From Amoebidium appalachense (lineage: Eukaryota; Protista; Ichthyosporea): 64,000 bases of DNA. The stretch is taken from positions 10,667,355-10,731,354 of the forward strand of contig CAVNZM010000006.1 in the NCBI GenBank assembly GCA_963693365.1, read 5' to 3'. The notes beneath the pieces were generated by a model. The model had not been told where the DNA came from, searched no databases, and saw only the letters and a list, made by a program, of their open reading frames with translations. Made by a program: the position numbers and the translations under genes. Below are positions 1-12,444 of this stretch, one piece after another (within the stretch, counting starts at the first letter, position 1; each line of letters starts with the position of its first letter).

Positions 1-90
1 TGGGTTTATATAAAAAGTGTGTGTGTGTGTGGAAGGAAGCAGGGGAGGCGGTGGGTGGGTCAGAAGGTGGGAATTCGTGGTGGTGGATGT

Positions 91-161
<71 letters not shown>

Positions 162-359
162 GAGGGGAAGGTGGGAATACCCGCGACCCCTACGCTCCTA
201 CGGTAAGCTAGGGGAGGTGTTTGTTGGGGGGGGTTTTTTCGGTTTTTTTTTTTTTTTTTTTTTCGTTTATAGTTTGGGGGGAGGAGGGGGGGGGGGGGGG
301 GAGGGGGGAGGGCACCCATTCAAAAGGGAAGCCCCCCCCCCCCCCCACCTCCCCCCACC

Positions 360-396
<37 letters not shown>

Positions 397-712
397 CCCC
401 TGCCCCTCCCCGTTTCGGAATCCTGCTTCCTGATGCGCCTGCTTGAAGCATAAGAAATTCGAACCAAGGGCCCTTCTTGTTCAGACCCCTAAAGTTGAGC
501 TTTGGTGCCTAAACACTCGGAAAGATAACCTGGATATATTGCTTACTGCACAAGTTTTAAGTAAAAAAGATGGCGGAATTTTGTGATGACAGACAGGTCA
601 AAGCTTTATGAAATGCAGATCTTTGGATATATTTGTGGTGGTGTTGGAGGGCCCTGAGAGAAGCGGAGGGGAAGGGGGGAGGGGCGAGAGGAGTGTGTGA
701 CGTGTGCGTGTG

Positions 713-761
<49 letters not shown>

Positions 762-1519
762 TGTTTTGTATGGGCCTAAGGGAGCAGAGTGCACAGAGGT
801 TTCGTGTAAAACACGATCAACGCAATAAAGAGAGGGCAATCGGAGTTGTTCACGACACTTGAAAGATTTCAAACAACAACTCACCTTTTATTGTGCTCTC
901 GGGTCTTTTGTACTTGCAACTTAACATCTTATCTCAACTAAAAGAAGAGAACCAATCGGTTCTATCAGATGATAGAAAAACACATTCCAACAGAGCATAC
1001 GCATTCCAACTTCCGACATAACTGAAATTTAGAACCTCTTAATAAAAGTTAAGTAACTATACATCTTGTCACCGTAATACACATATATATTTATACTCGT
1101 CTCTATAAAGAAACCCCGGCTAAATACATATATTTCCTAATAGTCGACACTCTCAAAGTGAAGACACATTACGATAAACCGAATTCCAAACCGTTTCTAT
1201 TGTGTCCAATCATAACACGTATATTAATAGACAGGAATGCACAACACGATCTATGTGCTATAGATGTACTCACTCGCGTCTATTGGTGAGTCATCCTATT
1301 GTGAACTAAAACTAAACTACCTTGAACTAAAACAAAGACAACGAATATAGCTAGCCAATCACGCTACTTCTCAGATAAACAGAGGAGAGCAAACACAGAA
1401 AAAATACAATAAGTTCTATCAGGCAAGAGAGCCAGGTGTGCACAGATCTACAGATATCTGTGTCTGTGCACACAGAAACAAGGGAGAGAGAGAGATACAA
1501 GGGGGGGGGGGGGGGGGGG

Positions 1520-1563
<44 letters not shown>

Positions 1564-1696
1564 AGAAAAGGGAGAGAGGGGGAGAGCACAAAGAAGGAGA
1601 GCAGACACGAACACAAACAAAGCTAAGACACATACATACTTCAAGACTCTTGCTGTCCTACGTAGTGACGGCGTATTCCAACAGTGTGTCTGCGAG

Positions 1697-1750
<54 letters not shown>

Positions 1751-1980
1751 CGAAGCACCCGATGACGTGCATACATGCAGTATACAGCGAATGTTTCTTT
1801 ATTTAATCCCGTAAGGATACCATACATACTACTACATACATGTTAGAATTGGTGTTTAAAAACCAGACATCTGCCCGAAATATGCGTGCTGTGCTGTGTC
1901 GTGCCAGTTCTCAATTGTGCACGTGCCGTACAAATTCACTATTGACTGTGACCACATTCATTCTAATACGGTGCATCTAA

Positions 1981-2553
1981 CTATAAGCTCATAAATCTAG
2001 CTGCCAAGCCCTCATACCAGCCCTTGAACGTCTGGGACGACTGCAGTGCGCAGAACTTCCACTGGTTCCCCTGGCATGCCGCCGGGGACGTGTACAGGGT
2101 CTGCCCACACCCAGCAGACACGCACTTCCACGCCGACGCATCGGCTGTCAGCGCACACGAGAATTCACACCACATGGGGTTTTTGATGGTGCTGCCGTAT
2201 GCCCTGAGCATGAAGCAGGGGGAGTTGTCCACTGGCCCTGTGACGGGCTCTGCGCCAGGGCTGGCCTGCCACCAGTTCTAAAACGAGTCTGCGGCGTTGT
2301 TTGTGCCGCATGGCTGCCCGGTGACGGTCTGGCAGTCCAGTGAGGACGAGAATGGCTGCGCGTCGGAAGAGGAACATTGCACACCGGCACCCTGTGCGTT
2401 TGTGAGGTCGCAGTTGTAGCTGGTGTCCTATAGGTGGGGTAGGGGTCCTGCAGGGAGAAGGGCACACTGGCGGAGCCGGGTGGAGAGGGAGGCACACGTG
2501 GCCGTGCTGGCGAGGGCGGCAAGGGCGGCGGAGGCAAAGACTGTGCGTGCCAT
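1981..2553 (-). pseudogene. Cys-rich secreted protein ORF (190 codons plus final stop) interrupted by two in-frame TAG codons
   Basis: aaaATGg at 2553 opens MARTVFASAALAALASTATCA (signal-peptide-like). The same frame continues through TAG at 2428-2430 and TAG near 2278-2280 to the stop at 1981. It has two internal Cys repeats (YNCDLT..VQCSS..QPFSSSLDCQ..SF*NWW and FSCALT..WKCVS..QTLYTSPAACQ..TFKGWY), is GC-rich and has no intron. Confidence 0.6.
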
Positions 2554-2716
2554 TTTGAATATAGGAGCTGTTGTAAGGTAGGAGACTCGTATAGATAGAT
2601 TGACGTGTGGACTGAACTGAACCGCTCTGGCTTCCTTTGCTTATGTACTCAAAATGTTATCAATACTGACGTTTAATTGGTGAATGAGCTGCAAACAAAT
2701 CCGGAAAAAACTACCC

Positions 2717-3075
2717 AACGTAAAGGTACTACGGTGATATTAATTATCATGCACATACATAGTAGCAAAAGGGGAATTGTGTTCGACCTACAAAGGTGTG
2801 TTTTTGCCGTGGGACCCTGATACTCTAGGAGCACAATCCCCATCCCCCCTCAATACTTTGTGGGTAGTATCTCGTGCCATAAGCTGTTATGTGGGTATTA
2901 ATAGAAAAAAACAATAACGTAAAGGTACTACTGTGATATTAACATGCACATACATAGTGGCAAAAGGGGAATTGTTGTTCGACCTACAAAAGGTGTGTTT
3001 TTGCCGTTTGACCCTGATACTTTAGGGACACAATCCCCACCCTATCCGACTAGGTTGTAGGGATATAACGTGCCA
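2717..3075. repeat. Diverged direct duplication, ~160-bp unit, ~200-bp period
   Basis: aacgtaaaggtactac.gtgatattaa...catgcacatacatagt.gcaaaaggggaattgt...gaccctgatact...cgtgcca occurs at 2717-2879 and 2916-3075. Confidence 0.9.
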
Positions 3076-4017
3076 CCGTGCATAACAGTCCCCTCGCGTT
3101 GGCATGTTATTGATAACAAATTTAAATACCCTGGCCTTTTTCTGATCAATGCATAATAAATTTAATTTAAATATGCACTAGCTTTTTTTTAGTACTACTA
3201 TCAACATGATTATCGTTAGACTTGTACTCTGTGTTACACTCCGGTTGCACGTTACTGATCTGCACCGCACTACTTTATTACGCATGTGTGTGTGCGCGCG
3301 CGCGTGCGCGTGTGCGCGTGCGTGTGTGTGGGTGTGTGCACGCGTGTATAATGCAAGTTTGTGCCACGGTGTGTATGTACAAATATGTGTGTTTGTGTGT
3401 GTGCGGGCGCGTGTATGTAACATATGCTGTGGACAGTCATTTGATGTATGCAGAATCTAATGTTCAAGCCGACATGCATCCGACAGCACGATGCTTTCTA
3501 ATGATATGTTTGTGCTGTGTATGTGCCACATGTACACGTGGTTGACATGAGCAGTAGGGTACATGTACAGTCGCGGAGCGCTGGGACAAAGTTTTTTAGG
3601 CGACCTGATTTAAAAAAAAAAAAACACACCTCATTGGCCCAACGTTTTGTAAAATATATTTTAAGAAAGAGGGGGTATTGGTATGGTCCGGTGAACAGGG
3701 GGGTGCGGCATGCCAGGAGCTACTACTAGAGAGAAGGGGGGGGTATGATTGGAGGGGGGGGTGTTCAGCTAACCTTATATGGATAAAGCAAAGTTACAAG
3801 GATTCAAGCCATTGGTTGGGCAAGACCCCTTTTGCCGAATATGGATAACAGATCATACACTGCTGTAGGCGGCGGTCAGGAATTGGCGCGCTCTTTACTG
3901 GTCACAACCAGTCCGGGAAGGCCATGAGCAGCATTGCCGAGCACACTGGAATACGGGAATGTTTGCGGTAACGTAGTCGCACTAGGGGGGCAGGGGGCCA
4001 GGCCCCAAGTGTTTAAA

Positions 4018-5412
4018 ATGAAGCCAGGCTGCCCTAAGGGCACAACACAGCGCCCTGGGCATAAAACAGGCGGAGCTAGGGAGGGAGCTGGGCGCAAAAA
4101 AAAAGATGCTGCATTTGTTCAGCCTTTAGCGAACTTTGCAGGTTTTGGGACGGCAAACAAAGCTGTTTTGCAGGAACTAAACGTAAACGTACAACCCGAA
4201 CAGCCCCCTCTATCTAAGGCCGCCGACATAAGGGCCCGTGTAGTTGAGGCAGGTAGCGTCCATTCGTTACCAAGAGAAATGGATCGGGCCCCTGCTCCAC
4301 ACCCACCAGACATACAGGTGCAACCCGACGAGGAACCTTTGCTAAATGCAGCAGCAGATGCGTACCGGGTAGACGAGGATGAAGGGGAGGAAGAGGGAGA
4401 AGATAATACGGACGGGGATGACGGTGGAGAGGAGTTTTCTGACGCGGCGGGCGAAACAATCAAGTCGCACCTGCACACAGTGAAAGAGAGTCTCAAAGAT
4501 GAGAAGACGCCTGTGGGGTGGCATCTTCCACCTCCCATTATAGGCTTTAAATTTGGGGGCGATCCAGCGCCTTTCTACAAACCCAGATGTTTTGCCTGGC
4601 TTCCGGAAAGGTTGTCTCCCGGTTTCATGGTGCCGTGCCCCTTCGATGATCACTACGTGGACCCCCACAACCACCCCAACCCACACCGTACTTCTCGCAA
4701 TGGGTTCATGAGCAACCCCGTAGGACGGCGTGTTATCGACTTTGACAGCTGCTACTACATTATCACGGCCCGGTACTTTTGTGACACATGCAAAAAAAAC
4801 TTTGCCGGCACAAACCCCCAGACAATTAAACGCCTTCCACTCTTCATGCGTGATCAGTTTCCGGCCTACCTTAGCCACCGCAGTGGGCTCGACCTAAAGG
4901 TGGTAACATTGTTGCGTGCACTGGCAGACAAAGGTGTGGGCCCAAACGCCTTTGCCACCCTCCTCTCGGAGCTCCACAAGCAGCGATACGACGAGCAGCG
5001 GCTCCTGTATTACTCGAGGGCGCTGCATTGGACCAAGTATGAACTCAAAAAGCGTAACGATTTCCGCCCCCACGACCAGCGCCTGACAGAACTTCCCCCA
5101 GAGGAGCAGGCGGCTAAGTTCTCGGCGTTTGGTGACAAAAATGGTTACGCTGGACATGTGCCTTCAGGCAAGTGTGCACTGCATTTTGGGTGTGTAAATG
5201 GTCCCCATTGTTTTGTATGCACGTGCTTGGGCATTTTTTGGGTTGGCTTGGTAGGGTTTTGTCTTATTATTTTTTATTTTTTTTTTAGGGGGGGGGGGGG
5301 GGACTTGGAAATGGGTTTTGGAAGTGTGGTCAATAAGTTTCTATTATGGTGGTGGTGGATGTGTGGTGGTGGATGTGCGCCTGTGAGTGTGCGTGTACTT
5401 GTGGGTCCGTGT

Positions 5413-5443
<31 letters not shown>

Positions 5444-5526
5444 GGGGAGGGGGGGAGGGGGACATGGTGATGGATTAGGTGGTGGTGGTGGCAATCAGTC
5501 ATGGTGGTGGTGGTGGTGGTGGTGGT

Positions 5527-5560
<34 letters not shown>

Positions 5561-5709
5561 GGGCAGAGGGATCATCAGAGGGGTGAAAGCATAACGGTCC
5601 ATGTACCAGTGAGTGTGCTTGGGAAATCGTGGAGAACTGTTATGCCTGAAATTAGATGGTGGGTGTGCGCATGTGTGTCTGTGTGTGTTGGGGGAAAGGA
5701 GGTGGAGAG

Positions 5710-5751
<42 letters not shown>

Positions 5752-5937
5752 GGGGGCACATGGTGGTAGACTGGATCTTGGTGGCGGTACTTAATGGTTA
5801 TTATAGTAGTGGCAGGAGGGTGTGGGGGGAAGGGCAAACGGACGTGCAGGGGACAAACTGCAGATGGGGCACAAAGGGGAAAGAAGGTGAAAGTTGGTGC
5901 AATGACTTGGAGGGTTTGCGCGCGCCGGGAGGCGGGG

Positions 5938-5973
<36 letters not shown>

Positions 5974-6407
5974 AACGGCCGGAGATGGGTGTGTAGCGTT
6001 TTTGAGATGGGAAAAGCCATACAGACTTACGAAAATACAGAGAGGTGAGATGAACACGAGGGACTAGAGGGAATGGGGGGGATGGTCCTGATGGGAGGGT
6101 GGTGGAGTTCTAACAGTACTTGGGGTTCAGGCAAATACCTGAGTGCCGTGTATACTGAGTTCAGCGACCGCACGGCAAAGTACCAGAGCCTGGACACGCA
6201 GCTCAAGCCCGTAAACAACGTGCTCAAGGCCGACCACACCTTCCAAATTGGGAAGCTCACCGGCATCAATGGGGAGCCTCTGTACCGAGGCCTATGGACT
6301 TGTGTAAACGAGCTTGGCGGTGTGTGGTCCCTCCTCTTCTCCCCCCCCTCCCCCCACTCTCCCCCAGGCCCCCTTCCCCCCCCCTCCCCCCCCCCCACAC
6401 ACGCCCA

Positions 6408-6438
<31 letters not shown>

Positions 6439-6696
6439 ACACGCCCCCTCCCCCCCCTCCCCCCCCCTCCCCCCTCTAGGGCCTTTAAATCTCTTAGGCT
6501 CCACATTTAATGAGGTGGCACACTGTGAGTAGAGGTTTGTAGTATGTGGGTTTTGGGGACAATTCTTGCCCTGTCGAGCAAAAACTAGGAAGCTCCAGAT
6601 ATGTGTGTATGTGTTTTTGCTGGGTAGAGATTGGGGTGGGCTGGGGTGGAGCTTTCTTTTGGCGGGGGAATCGGGGGGGGGGGGGGGGGGGGGGGG

Positions 6697-6732
<36 letters not shown>

Positions 6733-8223
6733 AGCTTCTGCCAAGCAGAATGGGAGTAGGGGCCAGTGATTGCAAGGGATGCAGGGGGGGGGGGGGGGGG
6801 GGAGAGACACCACCGTCGGGGTTGAAGGTAGAGAGGGCAAGAGGCCCGGGGTGGGGTGGGGGGGGGGGGGGGGGACAGTAGGTGCCATATGGAGGGCTGT
6901 CCCATGGTTTGGGGGGAGGGGGAGTGGGGAAGGATCGTGGGCACATGGGTTTGGGGGGAAGGCAGAGAGGGGGAAAGGATTGTGATCACAAGGGTTTAGG
7001 GGGAGGAAGGGGGAAGGATTGTAGGTACATGGGTTTAGGGGGGGGGGGGGGGGGGAAGATTTTGGGGGAAAGGGAGGCCTGGGGAAAGTATGTGGGCACA
7101 TGGGTTTGGGGGGAAGGAGGGGGAAGGGTTTTGGGGGAGAGGGAGGGGAAAGTATGTGGGCACATGGGTTTGGGGGGAGGGAGGGGGAAAGGATTGTGTG
7201 GGCACTGAAGTCTCGTGAAGGGCCATGTGGTAAGGGAAGCTAGAACATGCATGGCTGCTCGGAGATGCCCTCTCACACAGTGCGGCACCCCAGAGATCCG
7301 GGCGCAGGTATTTACACGGGACTGCAGCCACCAGGAGATTGAGCCCGTGATCCAGCGCATCTCTGCCACCACGGCGGCGCTCAACAGCAAGGGCCCGGCC
7401 TTCTTCTACACAGATCGGTGCTGCCAAGACCGGGCGTTTGTTGAGCGCATGTTTCCAACCCTAGCCCGGCCAAAATGCCCCGTCCGTCTGAACGAGGCTG
7501 CGCTGGTAAGCGTGACGGACGGTCTGCCTGGGCTGGAGCTGCCGGCCAACTACCCTAAGCCGGTGTACACCGACTGCCAGGGGGCGGTGGTGGCTACAGC
7601 GGCCATTCGTGCCGACCTGGAGGGGCAGCAGCACCGCGTGGTGGGGCTGGACTGCGAGTGGGTCTATCGGGTGGGCCAGGCGCGGTCCAAGGTTTGCACG
7701 CTGCAGATTGCCACCGCACGGGCCGTGTACATCTTCCACTTGGCACGCATGGGCCCCAACCACAGCCCGCCCGCGCGGCTGGTGGACGAGCTGATTGCGC
7801 TGCTTAGGGACCCCAGCATCATCAAGGTGGGCAAGCAGATCGGCACGGACTCGGCCCACCTCAACAAGGACTACGGCACCCCTGTGGCCAGCTATCTGGA
7901 GCTGGGCCGGTTCTGCTATGCCCGTGCAGCTATCACCTCTGCGGCCCGGGGCTTGGCCGACATCACTGCCCAGGTCATAGGCAAGAAGCTGCCCAAGCCG
8001 GCACTTGTTCGATGCTCCAACTGGCACGAGCCGCTATCAGAGGTGCAGGCCACCTACGCTGCCCTTGATGCATATGCGTCCCTGCAGGTCTACTCGGCCG
8101 TGGTCGATAGGCCAAACCTGTCAGGTGTGTATCCCACCTGCTTTTTGCCCCAGTGCTTATGTGCTTATGCCAGATATAGAAAGATTGTGGGCCCCCCAGA
8201 GGAGGAGGGGGAGGGGGAGGGGG

Positions 8224-8268
<45 letters not shown>

Positions 8269-10056
8269 GGCTGACCACATGGGCCAGTGTTCCAGTTGTG
8301 TTATTCTGGGTGTCGGGTGGCTATCAAAGGAGGGGGTGATTGGTGGTGGTGGTGGTGGTGGTGGGGGGGGGGGGGGGGGGGGGGGGGGGCTATAGCACTG
8401 TTAACACGTGCAAGTGCCACACAAGCTGGGCACTGGGAGAGGGGGGGGGGGGAGGGAGAAGGGGGGGGGGGGGGGGGGGGGGGGAAGGGGGGTTGCTAAG
8501 GAATATGCATTTGATTTTTGTGGAGCGAAGAGAAAAACGTTGGTGCTGTGGCTTTTTGGCTGAGTTTTTTGCTTCCCTCTATGACATGCAGCGCGGCTTC
8601 ATGCAAAGGCACTCGGTGAAGGGGTTGAGATTGTGCCCCGGCGGGGCCCACATGCTGCAGCAGCCACCGGGGTGGTGCTGGCTGTGCAGCCGGAGCGCTG
8701 GGGGGGCATGAAGGTGGGCAAGAAGCATGCAGTGGTGCGGGTGGATCAGGTGCTGTCGCCGGCCATGCAGGTGCCCTTTGGCCCCGACAAGGGCAAGACC
8801 CTGGGAGAGCTGGGCCCGCCGCCCTTTGAGCTGATGGTGCACCTGCAGTGGCTACGGCCCATTCAGCCCCCACCGGACCCAGGTGCCGAGGTGCCGGTGG
8901 TCCCTGACCCAGCCCCTCCCCCTGCCAGTCCTCCCCCTGCCGAGCAGCAGCAACCCCCTTGCCGGCCCACAGGCACCCCCCCAGGACCCCCAGGCAGCCC
9001 CGGGGGGCCTTGAGGCAGCCCCAGGGGGACCCGAGGCAGCTCCCAGAGAGGGCATGTTGGGCCAGGCACCGCCTGGGGAGGTGGTGTGGCAGACTGTGCT
9101 GAATGACGCCTTCCACTCCATTGCAAACACGGCGGACGGCACGTACAAGTCACACCCCCGCAGGGCTGAGTACGCACGCGCACTCAGCGAGGCAATATTT
9201 GTGTGGAATGAAGAGGATTACGGACATGTGAAGGTGCCCCCCCCCCCTCCCCCCCCCCCCCCAAAATAAAAAATAAAAAATAAAAATAAAAAAAACGGCA
9301 ACAACAACATGCGTGACTGACGCGCACACACACATACACTCGTTAGCACACACTCACCATTCCACCCACAACCATGCACACCTTCGACAAAACTTCTGAG
9401 GGAAGAGAGAGAGCCTGAGCCTCAGAGAGAGGGGGGGCAAGGGGGGGGGGGGGGGGGGGGGGGGGGAGGGGGGGGGAGGGGGGGGAGGAGAGTGGGGGTT
9501 ATTCATATGCCTAGAGAGAAATAATGTAGGGTTGTGGGGGGAAATAGCCACATGCATTTTTTACTTGTGTTGGGGGAGAAGATGGGGGGGGTGGAGGGGA
9601 GGGGTCCTACAATAACGGCAGGTATCAAAGTCTACCAAACCCAAATTGCAGTGTGCGTAGTAAATTAATATTGGCATCCTGCCTCACAGGGGGTGCTGGA
9701 GCAGAAGGGCATCGACATTGAAACCGAGCTCAAGGGCGGCGACCTGAGCTACTTCATGGAGCGCATCCGGCGGGTTATTCCCGACCCATACACGCTGGTC
9801 TCGCGGCTGGTGGAGTTCAAAAACACCTACAAGGATGTGCCGCCCGGACCGGATGGCAAGCCTCTGTTCAAGAAGGATGGCTTTGAAAGACTCGAGGCAA
9901 CATCCCCCCCCCCCCCCCCCCCCTCCCCTGCAGGCGCCCAACAACTCCACCACCACAGAAAAGATTCTTCGCTTATTTGTCATCCTTGGTTCATCTGCAC
10001 ACACACGCACACCCTAGCCTCCCCCCCCCCCCCCCCCCTCCCCCCCCCCCAAACAT

Positions 10057-10130
<74 letters not shown>

Positions 10131-10202
10131 CCCGCACGGCCCTTGCTGCCTAGCCAGTTGTTTTTTGCCTTTCCCTGCTCGTTTTTTTCCTTAGCAACCC
10201 CA

Positions 10203-10241
<39 letters not shown>

Positions 10242-11924
10242 ACCACACACACACACACACATACACACACACTACCACCACCACCACCCACCCATCTCTC
10301 TGATGTTTGCTTGTGCCCCCACAGTCGCTGCTCGAACACGCCCAAAATGGCTGTCTGTCGGACCCCCCCCGGCCTGCCCCTCTACTACGAGACCACTGCC
10401 GACGCAGATGGGCTCATGCGCTACCGCTGCATCCGGGGCACCAACGAGGTGGAGGGGGCAGTGCACAACCCCCTGGCCACCCACTTTGGGGCCACACGCA
10501 TGTCGCTGCGCCTGCTGGACGCCACCATGTCCAATAGGCGCCACCGCCACAACCTGCGTGCACACTACCGCAACCGCCTGGGCCAGGCATCGGGGCCCCC
10601 CCACTACAGCCCCTGGATTGTTGACGACATGGAGGCACTGGCGCTGATGCTGTACGGCCATCACCTCGACCCCCAGTGGGTACCCGTAGGCTGCTACAAG
10701 CTACCGGAGGAGTACTTCAACTTTGCCCCGCTCTCCTGTGTGGCCAATGCCCCGGCGCAGGAGCCAGTTGCGGTGCCCGCACCCCCACCTCCGTCTGATA
10801 ACATCGAGCCTGCAGCCAATGGCGTGATGGGCGGGCCAGAGGACTGTGAGGTCGAGGAGGGTGACGGTGCTGCCATGGGGGGGGGCAACCAGGTGGCGCG
10901 TGGTGCACCACAGCCGGACCCTGCACTGAGGGGCGACTACAAGTTCCTGGCGCAGAAGCAACATGTGGCCATCCCCTTCCTTCCGGTGCTTACCCCTCAG
11001 GAGCGCAAGCTATTCAGCACGCTGCTCCTGGGCACCTACAAGGCACATGCAAAGCCCAACGGCCAGCTGTTCGAGGCTTTGGCCCAAGACTTCAACAAGG
11101 CTGCCTCTGTGGCTGGGGGAATCTACATGAAGGATGCGGCCTACATCAAGAAGCATTTCGACAAGTGGAAGACCTGGCAGACGGCACATGCACAGCGCTC
11201 CACACACGAGGGCCTGGCAGATCACCGCAAGCGTATGCGCGAGGAGAGGGCAGACGCTGTGCCAGCAACCATACGGCCTGCCCCCTTGCCACCCCTCCCT
11301 GTTCCAGACGGTGTCGATGCAGGGGCGCAGCGTGAGCGGCCCTTGCCCATGCTAGTGGGCAAAAAGCATCGCAACATTGGCCCTGAGGGGCCCCTGCAGA
11401 TGGATTTGCCGGTGCCCCCTCCTATGCAGCCACCCCAGAGAGCCCCCAAGACCTGCAAGACGTGTGGCCGCCAGGGCAAGGGCTGCCCCGGCTCCAATCG
11501 GGCCAAGAGCTGCCCACGTTGGGTTGCAGCCAATCAGGATGCCATGCCACCAGCACCCGCGCTTGACATGCAGCAGGGCCATGTGCCGCACATGCCCCCT
11601 GCACCCCATCCAGGCCCGCACCACCCACATGGCTGGCCCCCACCGTGGGGCATCATGCCGCCTCAGCCCGGCCCTGCCTTCCCCATGCCTGGGCTACTGC
11701 CGCAGCACGGTCCCCATCCTTACTTGGGCCATGTGGGCCAGCCCTCGGCTGGTGGGCAGTTCCCACCCCCTTCTCGTGCATCTGCTGTGCTGGGCCTGGC
11801 GTTGCCACCTGCTGGAGAGACGCAGCTGCAATGGCACGATCGAAAGCAAAGTAATCGTGGCCGCAAGTCTGCAGGCAGCCAATCAGGATCTCAGAGTAGT
11901 CAGAGTAGCCAAACTAGTGTCTAA
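4018..11924 (+). CDS. ~1538-aa DUF6729-like / MULE-type DDE transposase-like protein with an inserted DEDDy (WRN/EXD2-like) 3'-5' exonuclease and a C-terminal zinc knuckle
   Basis: Exons 4018-5167, 6131-6319, 7294-8124, 8592-9233, 9690-9896 and 10325-11924 join in phase; introns 1 and 5 are GC-AG. Motifs: GGAREGAGRKKK; CPF..GRRVIDFDSCYYIITARYFCDTC..FPAYLSHRSGLD; LKADHTF (D1); FYTDRCC (D2); exonuclease VGLDCEW / GTDSAHL / YAALDA; LNDAFH (DxxH); GCLSDPPGLPLY; RGTNEVEG (E); CKTC..GC..C. The model needs two single-base removals in homopolymer runs (~8950-9010 and 10363-10370). Confidence 0.8.
6900..7206. repeat. G-rich minisatellite (~45-bp unit, about 6 degenerate copies) in intron 2 of the transposase-like gene
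   Basis: Recurring gggcacatgggtttggggggaagg...gggaaaggattgt / gggaaagtatgt. Confidence 0.8.
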
Positions 11925-12003
11925 TATTGGAATGTACACCAATGTAACGGATCTCATATGTGTTGTAGTGCTTCAAGTTATACCTGTTCTTCGTACAGTC
12001 ATG

Positions 12004-12050
<47 letters not shown>

Positions 12051-12376
12051 CTAGCTTTCATTCCGAAGTTTACTGTAAAGAATTAAAATTTAGAATCTGA
12101 GTAATAGTACAGAGCCTTTGCACTTTTCTCTGTTTGTTAGGAATTCTTTGTGATCGAGAGTATGGTGTGTTAGACTATTGGTGTTAATGTGTCCTGGAAG
12201 GTGTATAATGTCTGCTGGCCGTAGTCAGTATCTATTTTTAGGTATATAGTATATTTTTAAATGTTGGCCGCTGGCCAATAAATAGCAAATAATAAACACA
12301 CGATAAAGTCAACAGCGTGCCAAAAAACTAATCCCCAGCGAGCGCACCCAGTGATGTGTGTGTGTGTGTGTGTGTC

Positions 12377-12444
<68 letters not shown>

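Larger units (their letters stand above)
3568..12353 (+). mobile_element. Putative ~8.8-kb Mutator-like DNA transposon carrying the DUF6729/DDE/exonuclease gene
   Basis: Transposase-like gene 4018-11924 with degenerate inverted similarity on both sides: left cgctgggacaaagttttttaggc...attggcccaacgttttgtaaaatata versus right (reverse complement) cgctggggattagttttttggc...attggccagcggccaacatttaaaaatata. No clear target-site duplication, so the boundaries are tentative. Confidence 0.45.

Noticed and set aside
1981-2553. Genome-wide TAG reassignment suggested by two in-frame TAGs
   Set aside because: dUTPase and both racemase copies terminate at TAG, and no other modelled exon contains an internal TAG.
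9897-10324. N-terminal part of the 743-aa ORF 9693-11924 read as continuous protein
   Set aside because: This segment is poly-C/CA/GA intron. Splicing 9896 to 10325 gives the motif SLLEHAQNGCLSDPPG.
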